This document shows, piece after piece, positions 1 to 9,546 of a stretch of 42,966 nt of DNA. Position 1 is the first letter of the stretch, and each line of letters starts with the position of its first letter. The position numbers were made by a program, and so were the translations under genes. Source of the stretch: Deltaproteobacteria bacterium TL4 (GTDB taxonomy: Bacteria; SAR324; NAC60-12); the NCBI GenBank assembly GCA_051382335.1, contig JBBCAX010000110.1, positions 1 through 42,966 of the forward strand. The letters are read 5' to 3'. Under the pieces are notes generated by a model. The model was not told the DNA's origin, made no database searches, and saw nothing but the letters and a program-made list of their open reading frames with translations.

Positions 1-1
1 T

Positions 2-310
2 TTCAAAAGTAAAGCCCTGGAATGCGCGCAACTCTTTCAAAGATCTTCCTCGGCGGTGGAAGAACGTAATGGACAATTGGCATTCAGGCATCACACCCTT
101 CATCAATTTTCCACTCAACGTCTGGAAATGTTGACCTGTTTACACAACTACTTTATCAAACGTCCGGATGGGACCACCGCCGCTCAACGTTTTTTCCTGC
201 AAGAACCTCAGGATTTATTTCAATGGCTCTTGCGACGGAGGCCTCCCTTATCCAGACCGGCGGCTTCCAGAAAAAAGGAGCAAAGGAGCAATACCCTGAA
301 AGTCGCTTGA
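2..310 (+). mobile_element. 3' part of a DUF6399-family putative transposase, truncated by the window edge
   Basis: The frame is open from base 2: FKSKALECAQLFQRSSSAVEERNGQL...HNYFIKRPDGTTAAQRFF. This matches the FQRSSSxVEGRNG and HNxFIxRPDGTTAAxRFF motifs I recall for DUF6399 proteins. Confidence 0.7.
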
Positions 311-433
311 TTGCTGGATTGGCGAAACGATGACTATAGCCGAGGTTGAGTTTAGCAAAATAGCCGTCCTTATTTGATTTTTCAAGATTTTACCCTCTTT
401 TCAACACACTTTCCCATAAATTGTAAAATTTCC

Positions 434-474
434 TTCAATCCCCTACTTGAGATTTTCAGGGGATTGAATATAGT
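434..474 (+). promoter_or_regulatory. Putative sigma70 promoter for ppiD, overlapped by an 11-bp inverted repeat
   Basis: TTGAGA (447-452), 16-nt spacer, TATAGT (469-474). Perfect inverted repeat TTCAATCCCCT (434-444) / AGGGGATTGAA (458-468). Confidence 0.4.
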
Positions 475-565
475 GAGGGTTTATCATTGGCGTATTCAGG
501 ATTAATTGAAGCTAATTAATCGCATATTCAGAATTAACCCGACTGTTATAGTTAAAGAAGGAATT

Positions 566-2461
566 ATGATCCAGGAACTACGAGAACACTCCCAGAGTTT
601 ATTTTTTAAAATACTTTTGGGATTCATTGCCATTACCTTCATTATCTCTTTTGGCATAGGCTCTTTTTTAGGAGATCAAAAAGAAGTGATTGCTAAAGTC
701 AACCATAGTGAAATTTTAATGAAAGACCATCGGCGCGCTTATTCCCTCCAAATGGAAAATATGAAGCAGAACTTTGGAGAACGCGCCGAGCAGATTGCAG
801 AACAACTCAACTTGAATCAGCAAGTGCTTGATCAATTAATCAGTCAGAATCTGTTGCTAAGTGAGGCGGATTCAAATAATTTTCTGCTTACGGATTCAGA
901 GCTTCAGGACTTTATCAAAAATCAACCTTATTTTCAAAGAGAGGGTCGGTTTGATTTTGAAACCTATAAGACCATTTTGAAACAAAACCGGATGACTATA
1001 GATGAGTATGAGTCCAATCAAAGGAGAGAGTTGCTTTTACAAAAAGTCAGGGATGTTTTAGGGGGTAGTCTGGTGGTCAGTGAAGCGGAAGTCAATCAAA
1101 TTTTCCAGAATGAAAATGAAAAAGTTGAGGTCCAATATGTTGATTTTAAGCCGGAGACCTTTGTTGAAAAAGCGGAATTTACCGAAGAAGAACTGAGTCA
1201 ATACTATGAAAAAAATATTCAAAAATTCCAAACCAACCGACAATTCAAAATAGAATATTTCAAACTGACTTTGGAGCATTTCAAAACCAAAGAAGTCAAA
1301 GAGCGTGAAACGAAGCGTTATTATGAAAGAAATCAGGAACAGTACACCACACAAGCTGAGGTCAAAGCCCGTCATATTTTGTTTAAAGTGCCTCCGGAAG
1401 CAACAGAAGAAATCAAAGTGGCAAAACGGCTTCAATTGGAAGCACTGCGAACGAAAATTGTGGAGGGTGCGGACTTTGAAGAAATGGCCAAAGAGCATTC
1501 GGAAGATCTGAGCAAAACGAAAGGTGGGGACTTGGGTTGGTTTAAATCGGGAGACATGGTTGCAGAATTTGAAGCAGCCGCCTTTGCTTTGGAGCAAGGG
1601 GGAATCAGTTCCATCATAGAATCTCCTTTTGGACTCCATCTCATCAAAGTGGATGACAAAAAACCCAAGGTGGTTAAGTCCTTCGATGAGGTCAAGGAAG
1701 AAATCAACGAAACACTCTCCCAATCCTATGCGGAAAAAAAACTGGATAAAGAATTTGATCGTCTGCAACAGCGAATGGATTTAGAAAAAAACCTAGCCGC
1801 CATCGCAGAAAGTTATGGTTCCCCAATCGAGTCTACCGAATTGTTTGATTCAGAAAGTGTGATTCCCGGTTTGGGTTCCGCTAAAGATTTAACGACTCAA
1901 CTACGGCATGCGAAAGTCGAAGAATTTGGACACTGGAAACGAAACCCTGTCCAGGGGCATGTTTTTTATCGCGTTGTTGCGATTGCTGAGCCGAAGTCCA
2001 GACCTTTGGAAGGTATCCGTGAACAGGTAATCCAGGCGGTGAAACAAGATAAATCAAAAGAGATCGCCAAAGAAACCGCACAAAAAGCGTTAACCAATCT
2101 CGCGGAAGGAACCCCTCTGAGCAGTATCGCGCAAATTTATAAGCTCAAAGAAGAAACCGTATCCTTCACTACCACGACCCGTTATCTTCAAAATGTGGGA
2201 GAAAATGAGGAATTTAAGAAAACGGCACTTTCACTCAGTGACAAGAACAAATATGGCCTCAGTCAAAAAGAGGACAAAGTCTATTTGATCGAACTCAAAT
2301 CACGCAAACTCGATACGGAAAATGCTAACGACAAAAAAGAAAAAATCCGAGGTCGTCTCAACGAGCAGCTTCATCGTATGGTGATTAATAAAAAGCTCAA
2401 ACAATTAAAAGAGTCTGCAAAAATTGAAATTTTAAATCCTCGCTTTCGAGCAGTCAATTAG
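566..2461 (+). CDS. ppiD: PpiD-like membrane-anchored periplasmic chaperone/PPIase (SurA N-terminal plus parvulin domain)
   Basis: N-terminal TM segment and SurA_N-like region. Parvulin motifs VKARHIL, FEEMAKEHSED, GGDLGWF, ESPFGLHLIKV. The ATG at 566 after AAGGAA is preferred over the TTG at 506. Confidence 0.85.
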   Translation: MIQELREHSQSLFFKILLGFIAITFIISFGIGSFLGDQKEVIAKVNHSEILMKDHRRAYSLQMENMKQNFGERAEQIAEQLNLNQQVLDQLISQNLLLSEADSNNFLLTDSELQDFIKNQPYFQREGRFDFETYKTILKQNRMTIDEYESNQRRELLLQKVRDVLGGSLVVSEAEVNQIFQNENEKVEVQYVDFKPETFVEKAEFTEEELSQYYEKNIQKFQTNRQFKIEYFKLTLEHFKTKEVKERETKRYYERNQEQYTTQAEVKARHILFKVPPEATEEIKVAKRLQLEALRTKIVEGADFEEMAKEHSEDLSKTKGGDLGWFKSGDMVAEFEAAAFALEQGGISSIIESPFGLHLIKVDDKKPKVVKSFDEVKEEINETLSQSYAEKKLDKEFDRLQQRMDLEKNLAAIAESYGSPIESTELFDSESVIPGLGSAKDLTTQLRHAKVEEFGHWKRNPVQGHVFYRVVAIAEPKSRPLEGIREQVIQAVKQDKSKEIAKETAQKALTNLAEGTPLSSIAQIYKLKEETVSFTTTTRYLQNVGENEEFKKTALSLSDKNKYGLSQKEDKVYLIELKSRKLDTENANDKKEKIRGRLNEQLHRMVINKKLKQLKESAKIEILNPRFRAVN

Positions 2462-2475
2462 AAATGAAATAAAGA

Positions 2476-3051
2476 GTGCCAACTTTTAAGCTTCAAGCAA
2501 AGGATCAAAAAAGCCTTGTCATCCGTTTTCACACCAAGATACGACTTCTGCTTTGTGGGGCGTTGTTGATGCCTTTGCTTGTGCACACGTCAGTCGCGCA
2601 AGATTTTCCCTGGAAAAGCAAGACATCCCCCCTCATTAAGCTTCGTCTTTATGCAGAGTTTGATCGTCCCCGGTTGTTTGCGGGGCAGGTTGCCGTATTG
2701 ACCCTGCGTGGAACGATTGCAGACGGCTGGCATATCTATTCTGTTCAGAAGCAAGGTGAGGACGGGCCTTCCCCTACCTCCTTAACTTTTGAATCCGGGG
2801 TTTATCAAACGGATGGGCCTTTACGAGAGAGTTCCCCCCAAGACATGAGGGATGAAGCCTTGGGGCTCAAGCTTGCAGTGCATCAAGGAGCGTTTATCTT
2901 AACTCAGCAATTTCGAATTGTGCCGGAAACAAAAAAGGGCGTTCATGATTTTCATGGACAGTTGAATTATCAGATTTGTGATAATAATATCTGTGCTCCC
3001 CTACAGCAGCAACAATTCAGTGCTCCTCTTGAAGTAATAACACCTCAATGA
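2476..3051 (+). CDS. Stand-alone DsbD N-terminal (Ig-like) domain protein, exported
   Basis: GWHIYS and YQICDNNICAP motifs of the DsbD N-domain, with a signal-like hydrophobic segment. No TM core or thioredoxin domain. The true start may be downstream of 2476. Confidence 0.75.
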   Translation: MPTFKLQAKDQKSLVIRFHTKIRLLLCGALLMPLLVHTSVAQDFPWKSKTSPLIKLRLYAEFDRPRLFAGQVAVLTLRGTIADGWHIYSVQKQGEDGPSPTSLTFESGVYQTDGPLRESSPQDMRDEALGLKLAVHQGAFILTQQFRIVPETKKGVHDFHGQLNYQICDNNICAPLQQQQFSAPLEVITPQ

Positions 3052-3209
3052 TCTGAAGTTACGTTCATTTCAGTGATGATTATGAAGCAGTGGGCTAATT
3101 TTGCAGAGTGACAAGAAATAAAACCACTGATTTTTTCAGAATATAGCAGGGGGATAACCTATAATTTGAAACGAAATTCGTTCAGCAACGTCAATAGCAA
3201 AGGAAAACG

Positions 3210-3821
3210 ATGACAAATCCACCTAAAAGTAAAAATATTGGATGGCATCTAGGTGCCATTACTAAAGAAATCCGAGAAAAACGAAATGGTCATATCGGCG
3301 CTACTTTATGGTTTACAGGTTTTTCAGGTTCAGGAAAATCAACCTTAGCCCACGCTGTTCAGCAAGCCTTGTTTGATAAAAACATTCAAGTCTATGTGTT
3401 GGATGGCGATAATCTCAGACATGGATTGAATTCCGATCTGGGCTTTTCTCCTAAAGATCGTAATGAAAATATTCGTCGTAGTGGAGAAGTCGCAAAATTA
3501 TTTAATGATGCTGGAATCATGACCATCACCGCCTTCATCTCACCCTACAGAGCGGACCGTGACCGGATTCGTGACATTATGAACCCAGGCGATTTTATAG
3601 AAGTCTGGCTCAATTCGACGTTGGCAGTCTGTGAAGACAGAGATCCTAAAGGACTTTACAAAAAGGCACGCGCTGGAGAAATCCCTGAATTTACGGGGAT
3701 CTCTGCCCCTTATGAGGAACCGCTTAATCCAGAAATCACCATTGATACGGGGAAAATGAGTGTTCAAGAAAGTACAGAATTCATTCTCAATTATTTAGAT
3801 AACAAGGGATATTTTATGTAA
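3210..3821 (+). CDS. cysC: Adenylyl-sulfate (APS) kinase
   Basis: [14 protein letters not shown]-loop, [53 protein letters not shown]. Confidence 0.95.
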   Translation: MTNPPKSKNIGWHLGAITKEIREKRNGHIGATLWFTGFSGSGKSTLAHAVQQALFDKNIQVYVLDGDNLRHGLNSDLGFSPKDRNENIRRSGEVAKLFNDAGIMTITAFISPYRADRDRIRDIMNPGDFIEVWLNSTLAVCEDRDPKGLYKKARAGEIPEFTGISAPYEEPLNPEITIDTGKMSVQESTEFILNYLDNKGYFM

Positions 3822-3943
3822 TTCATGATATGCACTTGGAAAAGGACTTGGGGAATGGGATTGGAGAGGATCGAAAGCGAGACCTAAGTGGGTCATGCGG
3901 CCTAAGCCCCTGGTTCAGATCAATATCTTTGAAAGCGTGATTC

Positions 3944-6900
3944 ATGCCTTATTTATACTACTCAAATCACCTCAATGTCTTAACCCAGCCCCTGGCCCAT
4001 AACTTGCGCAGAGAGGATCCCTTTATTCCTGAGAGCATTGTTGTGCCCAACTTCAGTTTACAAAAATGGCTCTCCTTACAGCTAGCCTCACTGCATGGTA
4101 TTGCCGCAAATTATCGCTTTGTGCCCTTGGAAAAAGCCATTTTTGAAACCCTCCTTTCTTCTCAACAACGAACTCAAATCAAGCTTCTCCGACCCGATTT
4201 CGTCCAACATTTGTTGATCCAGATCATTCATGACAAGCTGAATCACACGGGAGAGGTATGGCAGCAGCTCAAAGATTACATTTATGGCCGTCCGGAGCTG
4301 TCAGAAATCGCGATTGAGATTCGGATTTATCAACTCGCAGAGCGCCTATCGAGTCTTTTTCAACAGTACGAATATTTACGTTGGGAGATGCTTGAAGAAT
4401 GGCAGCAAGGAAACAGTTGTTTTTCGGGAATGGCCGCAACCATTGAAGTGTGGCAGAAAGCCTTATGGTTGGAGCTTTTTGGCAGTCAAGGCCTGATTTC
4501 TCAATATAATCAACAAACGGACGCAAGTATTAAACAAGGAGAAATGGCTTCTGCCCTACTCTACACCTTACCTCAAATTTATCGAAAATTTCAACCGCCT
4601 GTTCCTAAATCCCGTCAAAAACTCCATATTTTCGGAATGTCGTATATTTCCCGCTTTCATCAGGAAGTGCTGTCTTCTCCCGCGTTTGATCAGCAATATG
4701 ATATTTATGTCTATACTTTAAATCCTTGCATGGAATTTTGGGAAGATGTCGAATCCGACTGGGAAGCTCGTGCAACCTTACGGGAGCAAATTCGAAAACG
4801 GAAGCAACACTATGTGCATACGTTTGCCGAACATGAGAAAAAAATCTCTTCCGATGAGCTGGAAACAGGAGAATTATTTCAAAATGAGGAGGATAATGCC
4901 TTCCTAAGAGCATGGGGCCGTCCTGGCAGAGAGAACATCCGTTTGCTGAATGAATGGAATAATTGGCATTTCATGCCTTTTTTTGTCTCGCCACTCCAAA
5001 ACCAAAAATCGACACTCTTGCGACAAATCCAATATGATTTACTCACCAGAGAACCTCGGCGCGTTAAACCTCTTGAACCCCTAGTTCCCCAAGATGAAAG
5101 CCTCCAGATTTTAGCTTGTCCCAATTTACGACGGGAAATAGAAATTATTGCCAATGAAATTTGGCACCTGGTGAAAACTCAAGCGGAACTTCATCTGAAC
5201 CAAATCGCGGTGATCATTCCTGATATGGCCAGCTATCAAACCGACCTGGAGCTTGTATTTCAATCACTTCACAACATCCCCTACAATTTAATGGACGGGA
5301 TCAGTACCCAAGCCGGGCGTTTACTTGACGGGGCGATTCAACTCTTGGGTCTTTGCTTTACGGATTATACTCGTAAGGATTTATTTCATATTCTATGCAA
5401 CCCTAATTTTCTGCCTCAACATCCCACCAAGAATATAGATCAATGGCTACAATGGGCTGATGAACTTTCCATTTTTTATGGCATCGATCAAGAGGATAAT
5501 CAACAACGGGGATACCGGCATTTAAAACATGATTTGTATAACTGGGAGCAAGGATTCCGGCGTTTAACGATGGGTGCGTTTTTACAGCAGGAGAGTGCGC
5601 ACAACCCACAAACCTATGCCATTCAGGACCAGCCATACGTTCCGCTTTCTGTGGATACATCAGAACAAGGAGAGGCCGCAAGCTTCATGCTGATTGTACG
5701 CTCTCTGATTGCAGATACCCACCTGATAAAGCAATGGAAATTAACGGGTGAGCAGTGGAGTCACTATTTATGTACTTTGCTGAAAACCTATCTCAGGCCC
5801 CTCAATACGAATGAAGAAGCAGAGTTTCAACGCCTCATCAATAGCATTCTTTCGCTGAAGGAATTTGATGTGATGAAAACGCAACCCATGAGTTACAGCG
5901 TGGTTTATGAATATTTCAAAAAACAACAGCAAAAAATTTCACTCCATCGCGGCCATTATCTCGCAGAAGGTGTGACCGTCTCGTCCTTTCTCCCGATGAG
6001 GCCCATTCCCTTTGAAATTGTGTTCATTCTGGGGTTAGGAGAAGGACGTTTTCCCAGCTTGGATAGCAGTGATAATCTTGATTTAAGAAGAGCTCGTGTT
6101 TCTCTGAAAGAACCTGTTCGGAGTCGTGCTTTTCGTGAACGTCAAATTGGAGATGTTTCTGGTGCGGAACGTGATAAATACATGTTTCTGGAAACTTTAA
6201 TTTCCACCCGTCAACGTCTTTACTTAAGTTATATCGCTCGCAATGACAAAACGGATGACGTTCTCAACCCGTCTTCCATTGTGCAGACATTAACGAATAT
6301 TATTGACACACAATATCTTCCGGAAGGCTGCGTTTTTCAAAAAAAGCAACACCCCCTCAAATCCTATGACCTCCGTTATTTTCCGGAACTGATGCCTGGA
6401 GATCAAAAGCAGGACCTTAATTCCAGGGCTTCCCACGACGGGTACAGTTATGATAAGCACGCGTTTTTACAAGCCCGTAGCTATCAAATTCGAAAATTAT
6501 TAGACGCCTGGACTCAAAAAAATCACTATCCTGCGCCATCTCGAAACCTGTTACAGAATTATTATTCAAAATTCTTTGAAAATGAGTCTGTGACTCAAGC
6601 TCGAACCTTGTCCGCCCAAAATATACCAGAAAAAATTTCAGTTTCGCTGGCACAACTCCGAGCCTTTTTAGAATGTCCCTTACAGGCCACAGCCAAAAGA
6701 GCGTTGCATTTGGAGGATGAACAGGAAGAGGACCTCCGTGAGGAAATCCACGAACCGTTCTTTCTCGATTTTCTGGGTGGCTGGAATTTGTTGCAAACGG
6801 TATTGACCGAGGCCTTTAACACCAACACGACCTCGATTGATTGGCCGGCGATCTATTATAAGCATGCTGATTTTCTGGAATTGCAAGGAATCTTGCCCAC

Positions 6901-7663
6901 AGGACGATTCAAAGACGCCACAGCTCAACAACATCTAAAACTTCTTGACGGTTGGTGTCGCAGTCTTCAAAAACTTCTGAATACCAGCGACTGGCAGATC
7001 ATTGCGAACAAAACACAGCGTTTTCATTTTGGAAGACTCAAAGAAGGCGTTGCACTTCCCAAAACCTATCAACACGCTTATCCGACTCTTAAGATCCCTT
7101 TAACTATCAAGGGAACACCAACTACCATAGAGATCTCAGGTCATACAGAATGGTGGTTTTGTGATGACGCCTTGTGGATGCCGGCCTACTTCACACTCAA
7201 AGAAAGCAAGGATAAATATTGGTTACGGCATTTTTTGAATACGGTTTTTCTCTCTGCGGCACATCTGCTCCCGCCTGATATTAAAATCCAGGGAGCCGTG
7301 ATCACGTCAGATCCTGAGAAGCTTGAGACCAAACGGATTCACACCTCAGGATGGGATCCAGAACGTTCTCTGAACTATTTAAAACAACTGCTCACCGCCA
7401 TGTTTGAAGAAGATTTTGATATTCTTTTCCCCGTAGAAGGGGTTTTTGAGAGTTATCATCCACAAGTGACCGCCTCTGAATTCAATCATCAGTTTCATGA
7501 AACCATCAAAAACTGGCTGCTGTCCTCTCAAGCCGTATTCAGTTCCCAATATGGGCCTATCAAATATCTTGAAGATTATAGCCCTCCTAGTAATCCCTAT
7601 CAACTAACACAACAACGTTTTTCACCCTTTTTTGAGCTGATGTCTTTTAAACAGAGACATTAG
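3944..7663 (+). CDS. recC: Exodeoxyribonuclease V gamma subunit (RecC)
   Basis: YYSNHL start, ESIVVPN..LQKWL, LHIFGMS, NPCMEFWED, AWGRPGR, PMRPIPF.....LGLGEGRFP, DKYMFLETLISTRQRLYLSY, and a C-terminal L.AFLECP nuclease-like fold. Confidence 0.9.
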   Translation: MPYLYYSNHLNVLTQPLAHNLRREDPFIPESIVVPNFSLQKWLSLQLASLHGIAANYRFVPLEKAIFETLLSSQQRTQIKLLRPDFVQHLLIQIIHDKLNHTGEVWQQLKDYIYGRPELSEIAIEIRIYQLAERLSSLFQQYEYLRWEMLEEWQQGNSCFSGMAATIEVWQKALWLELFGSQGLISQYNQQTDASIKQGEMASALLYTLPQIYRKFQPPVPKSRQKLHIFGMSYISRFHQEVLSSPAFDQQYDIYVYTLNPCMEFWEDVESDWEARATLREQIRKRKQHYVHTFAEHEKKISSDELETGELFQNEEDNAFLRAWGRPGRENIRLLNEWNNWHFMPFFVSPLQNQKSTLLRQIQYDLLTREPRRVKPLEPLVPQDESLQILACPNLRREIEIIANEIWHLVKTQAELHLNQIAVIIPDMASYQTDLELVFQSLHNIPYNLMDGISTQAGRLLDGAIQLLGLCFTDYTRKDLFHILCNPNFLPQHPTKNIDQWLQWADELSIFYGIDQEDNQQRGYRHLKHDLYNWEQGFRRLTMGAFLQQESAHNPQTYAIQDQPYVPLSVDTSEQGEAASFMLIVRSLIADTHLIKQWKLTGEQWSHYLCTLLKTYLRPLNTNEEAEFQRLINSILSLKEFDVMKTQPMSYSVVYEYFKKQQQKISLHRGHYLAEGVTVSSFLPMRPIPFEIVFILGLGEGRFPSLDSSDNLDLRRARVSLKEPVRSRAFRERQIGDVSGAERDKYMFLETLISTRQRLYLSYIARNDKTDDVLNPSSIVQTLTNIIDTQYLPEGCVFQKKQHPLKSYDLRYFPELMPGDQKQDLNSRASHDGYSYDKHAFLQARSYQIRKLLDAWTQKNHYPAPSRNLLQNYYSKFFENESVTQARTLSAQNIPEKISVSLAQLRAFLECPLQATAKRALHLEDEQEEDLREEIHEPFFLDFLGGWNLLQTVLTEAFNTNTTSIDWPAIYYKHADFLELQGILPTGRFKDATAQQHLKLLDGWCRSLQKLLNTSDWQIIANKTQRFHFGRLKEGVALPKTYQHAYPTLKIPLTIKGTPTTIEISGHTEWWFCDDALWMPAYFTLKESKDKYWLRHFLNTVFLSAAHLLPPDIKIQGAVITSDPEKLETKRIHTSGWDPERSLNYLKQLLTAMFEEDFDILFPVEGVFESYHPQVTASEFNHQFHETIKNWLLSSQAVFSSQYGPIKYLEDYSPPSNPYQLTQQRFSPFFELMSFKQRH

Positions 7664-7692
7664 TTAAATGCGCTCATTTATCCGGAGGAGTT

Positions 7693-8514
7693 ATGAACAT
7701 AAAAGAATACTTAAATCAGCGAATCGTCTCAGAAGAAGTCCATCAATCGGTTAAAAGCATGCCTAAAAGTATGGGTACCTTGGGATTCGACCCTTGGGGC
7801 TATAATGAAGAGAGTCTTGAAATCAGCATGAGTTTTGTTAAATGGTTATATGAGCACTATTTCCGGGTCAAGGCCTTTGGACTCGAAAACATCCCCCCTC
7901 AAGGACGGGCCTTCATTGTCCCCAATCACAGTGGCCAGGTTTTCCCTGTGGATGCGATGATGATTGGTTCCGCTATTTCCAACAATCCTCATGGCCCCCG
8001 TCTCATACGCTCCATGATTGAACGCATGTTCCCGACGACCCCCTTCATAGGTAATATTGCCAATGATATCGGGGCCGTTTTGGGAGATCCGATCAATTGT
8101 ATCAAAATGCTAAAACGAGAGGAGTGTGTGCTTGTTTTTCCTGAAGGAGAACGGGGTTTTGTCAAGCACTGGAAAGACCGGTATACACTTCAACGAATGG
8201 GAACAGGTTTTGTTCGGATTGCCATTGAAACCAACACCCCTATCATCCCTGTTGCCGTCATTGGCTGTGAAGAGATCTCCCCTGGTTTGGGCCGCTTGGA
8301 AAAATTATCAAAATGGTTTGGGTTACCGGTCCTGCCTCTTGCCCTTCCCATAGCTTTACCCGCACAGATCTCACTCTATTTTGGAAAACCCATGCATTTG
8401 GAAGGGAATTTGGATAATGAAGAAGAAATGGTGGGGTTGGTCAATCAGGTTCGGCATGAAATCGAAAGCCTCATAGCACAAGGACTCAAGGAACGAAATG
8501 GAGTTTTTCGATAA
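7693..8514 (+). CDS. PlsC-family lysophospholipid/glycerol acyltransferase
   Basis: NHSGQVFPVD (NH...D motif), VFPEGERG, GFVRIAIETNTPIIPVAVIG. RBS GGAGGAG. Confidence 0.85.
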   Translation: MNIKEYLNQRIVSEEVHQSVKSMPKSMGTLGFDPWGYNEESLEISMSFVKWLYEHYFRVKAFGLENIPPQGRAFIVPNHSGQVFPVDAMMIGSAISNNPHGPRLIRSMIERMFPTTPFIGNIANDIGAVLGDPINCIKMLKREECVLVFPEGERGFVKHWKDRYTLQRMGTGFVRIAIETNTPIIPVAVIGCEEISPGLGRLEKLSKWFGLPVLPLALPIALPAQISLYFGKPMHLEGNLDNEEEMVGLVNQVRHEIESLIAQGLKERNGVFR

Positions 8515-8548
8515 CGGAACCTTGGTGAGCGTCTTGAAGGCTGAAGTC

Positions 8549-9346
8549 ATGGAGCAACAAGTATGGCGTTTGCTTCAAGACCTTGACAAGTCCGGAAGCT
8601 TCAATATGGCCGCAGACCAAGTGTTGTTGGAACAATTCCACCCGGGAAATCCTCCGACCTTCCGGCTTTATACCTGGAATCGTTTGACACTTTCTATCGG
8701 TAAAAATCAAAATTTAGATGACGATATCGACGGTGACTGGTGTCAAGCCAATGGGATTGAGATCATTCGCCGAGCCACAGGAGGGAAGGCTGTTTTGCAT
8801 GGCAAGGACCTCACCTATGCCCTCATAGGGGACACCCGGGACCCTCGTTTTTCCGGAGGTATTATGAACACTTACAAGTTCATTTCCCAAGGGTTTGTTG
8901 ATTTTTTTGAGGCCCTGGGACTAGCTCCCCAAATTCAACCCTATTCGCCCCGACCGTCACAAGCAACCCCTGTCTGCTTTGCGAGGCCTTCTGCGTTTGA
9001 GTTACTGATTGACGGAAAAAAAATTATTGGCAGTGCTCAACGCCAAACAGCCAACGCCTTCCTTCAGCATGGAACCATTCCGATCCAGGATCAAACCGCT
9101 TTGTTAGCTCATATTTTTCCCCATTCAACGGCAGCAGAACTACAAAAGGAAGTCACTTCTTTGGAGGCTTGTGGGGTTCTCCAAAACTACAAGGTTCCGG
9201 AACTACTGGAATTATTGCTCGAAATCCTCCAAAAGGTATTTCAAATCCGATGGGCTCCTTCCACGTGGTCAGCAGTGGAGCAAAATACGATAAAACACAC
9301 ACTTCCTCTTTTTGAACCGCTCTTTGTTTCACAAACCAGGAAGTGA
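8549..9346 (+). CDS. Lipoate-protein ligase A / octanoyltransferase (LipM-like) family protein
   Basis: NMAADQVLL, FRLYTW, SIGKNQ, RRATGGKAVLH, GKKIIGSAQR, LQHGTI. The ATG at 8549 is preferred; the ORF could start at 8498, overlapping the upstream gene. Confidence 0.85.
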   Translation: MEQQVWRLLQDLDKSGSFNMAADQVLLEQFHPGNPPTFRLYTWNRLTLSIGKNQNLDDDIDGDWCQANGIEIIRRATGGKAVLHGKDLTYALIGDTRDPRFSGGIMNTYKFISQGFVDFFEALGLAPQIQPYSPRPSQATPVCFARPSAFELLIDGKKIIGSAQRQTANAFLQHGTIPIQDQTALLAHIFPHSTAAELQKEVTSLEACGVLQNYKVPELLELLLEILQKVFQIRWAPSTWSAVEQNTIKHTLPLFEPLFVSQTRK

Positions 9347-9397
9347 TCACAAACAGCAGTAATCCTGCTCGCTCTATTTTATAGATCACCGTTTATA

Positions 9398-9426
9398 TTG
9401 TAAATCGTATTTCGTTTTGCTATTCT
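9398..9426 (+). promoter_or_regulatory. Putative sigma70 promoter for the hybrid kinase
   Basis: TTGTAA (9398-9403), 17-nt spacer, TATTCT (9421-9426), with an extended -10 TG. Confidence 0.45.
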
Positions 9427-9546
9427 AAGTTCAGACGCTTGTTAATTTTATAGATTTTAAATTGTCACTCATGACACCCCCCACATGAGTTGTTCTCGCC
9501 AGATGATAGTAAAGCAAAGATTATCCAACTCTATACACGTAAAGCT

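Noticed and set aside
1058..1768. 236-aa minus-strand ORF
   Set aside because: Antisense shadow of ppiD, with Phe-rich composition mirroring the Lys/Glu codons.
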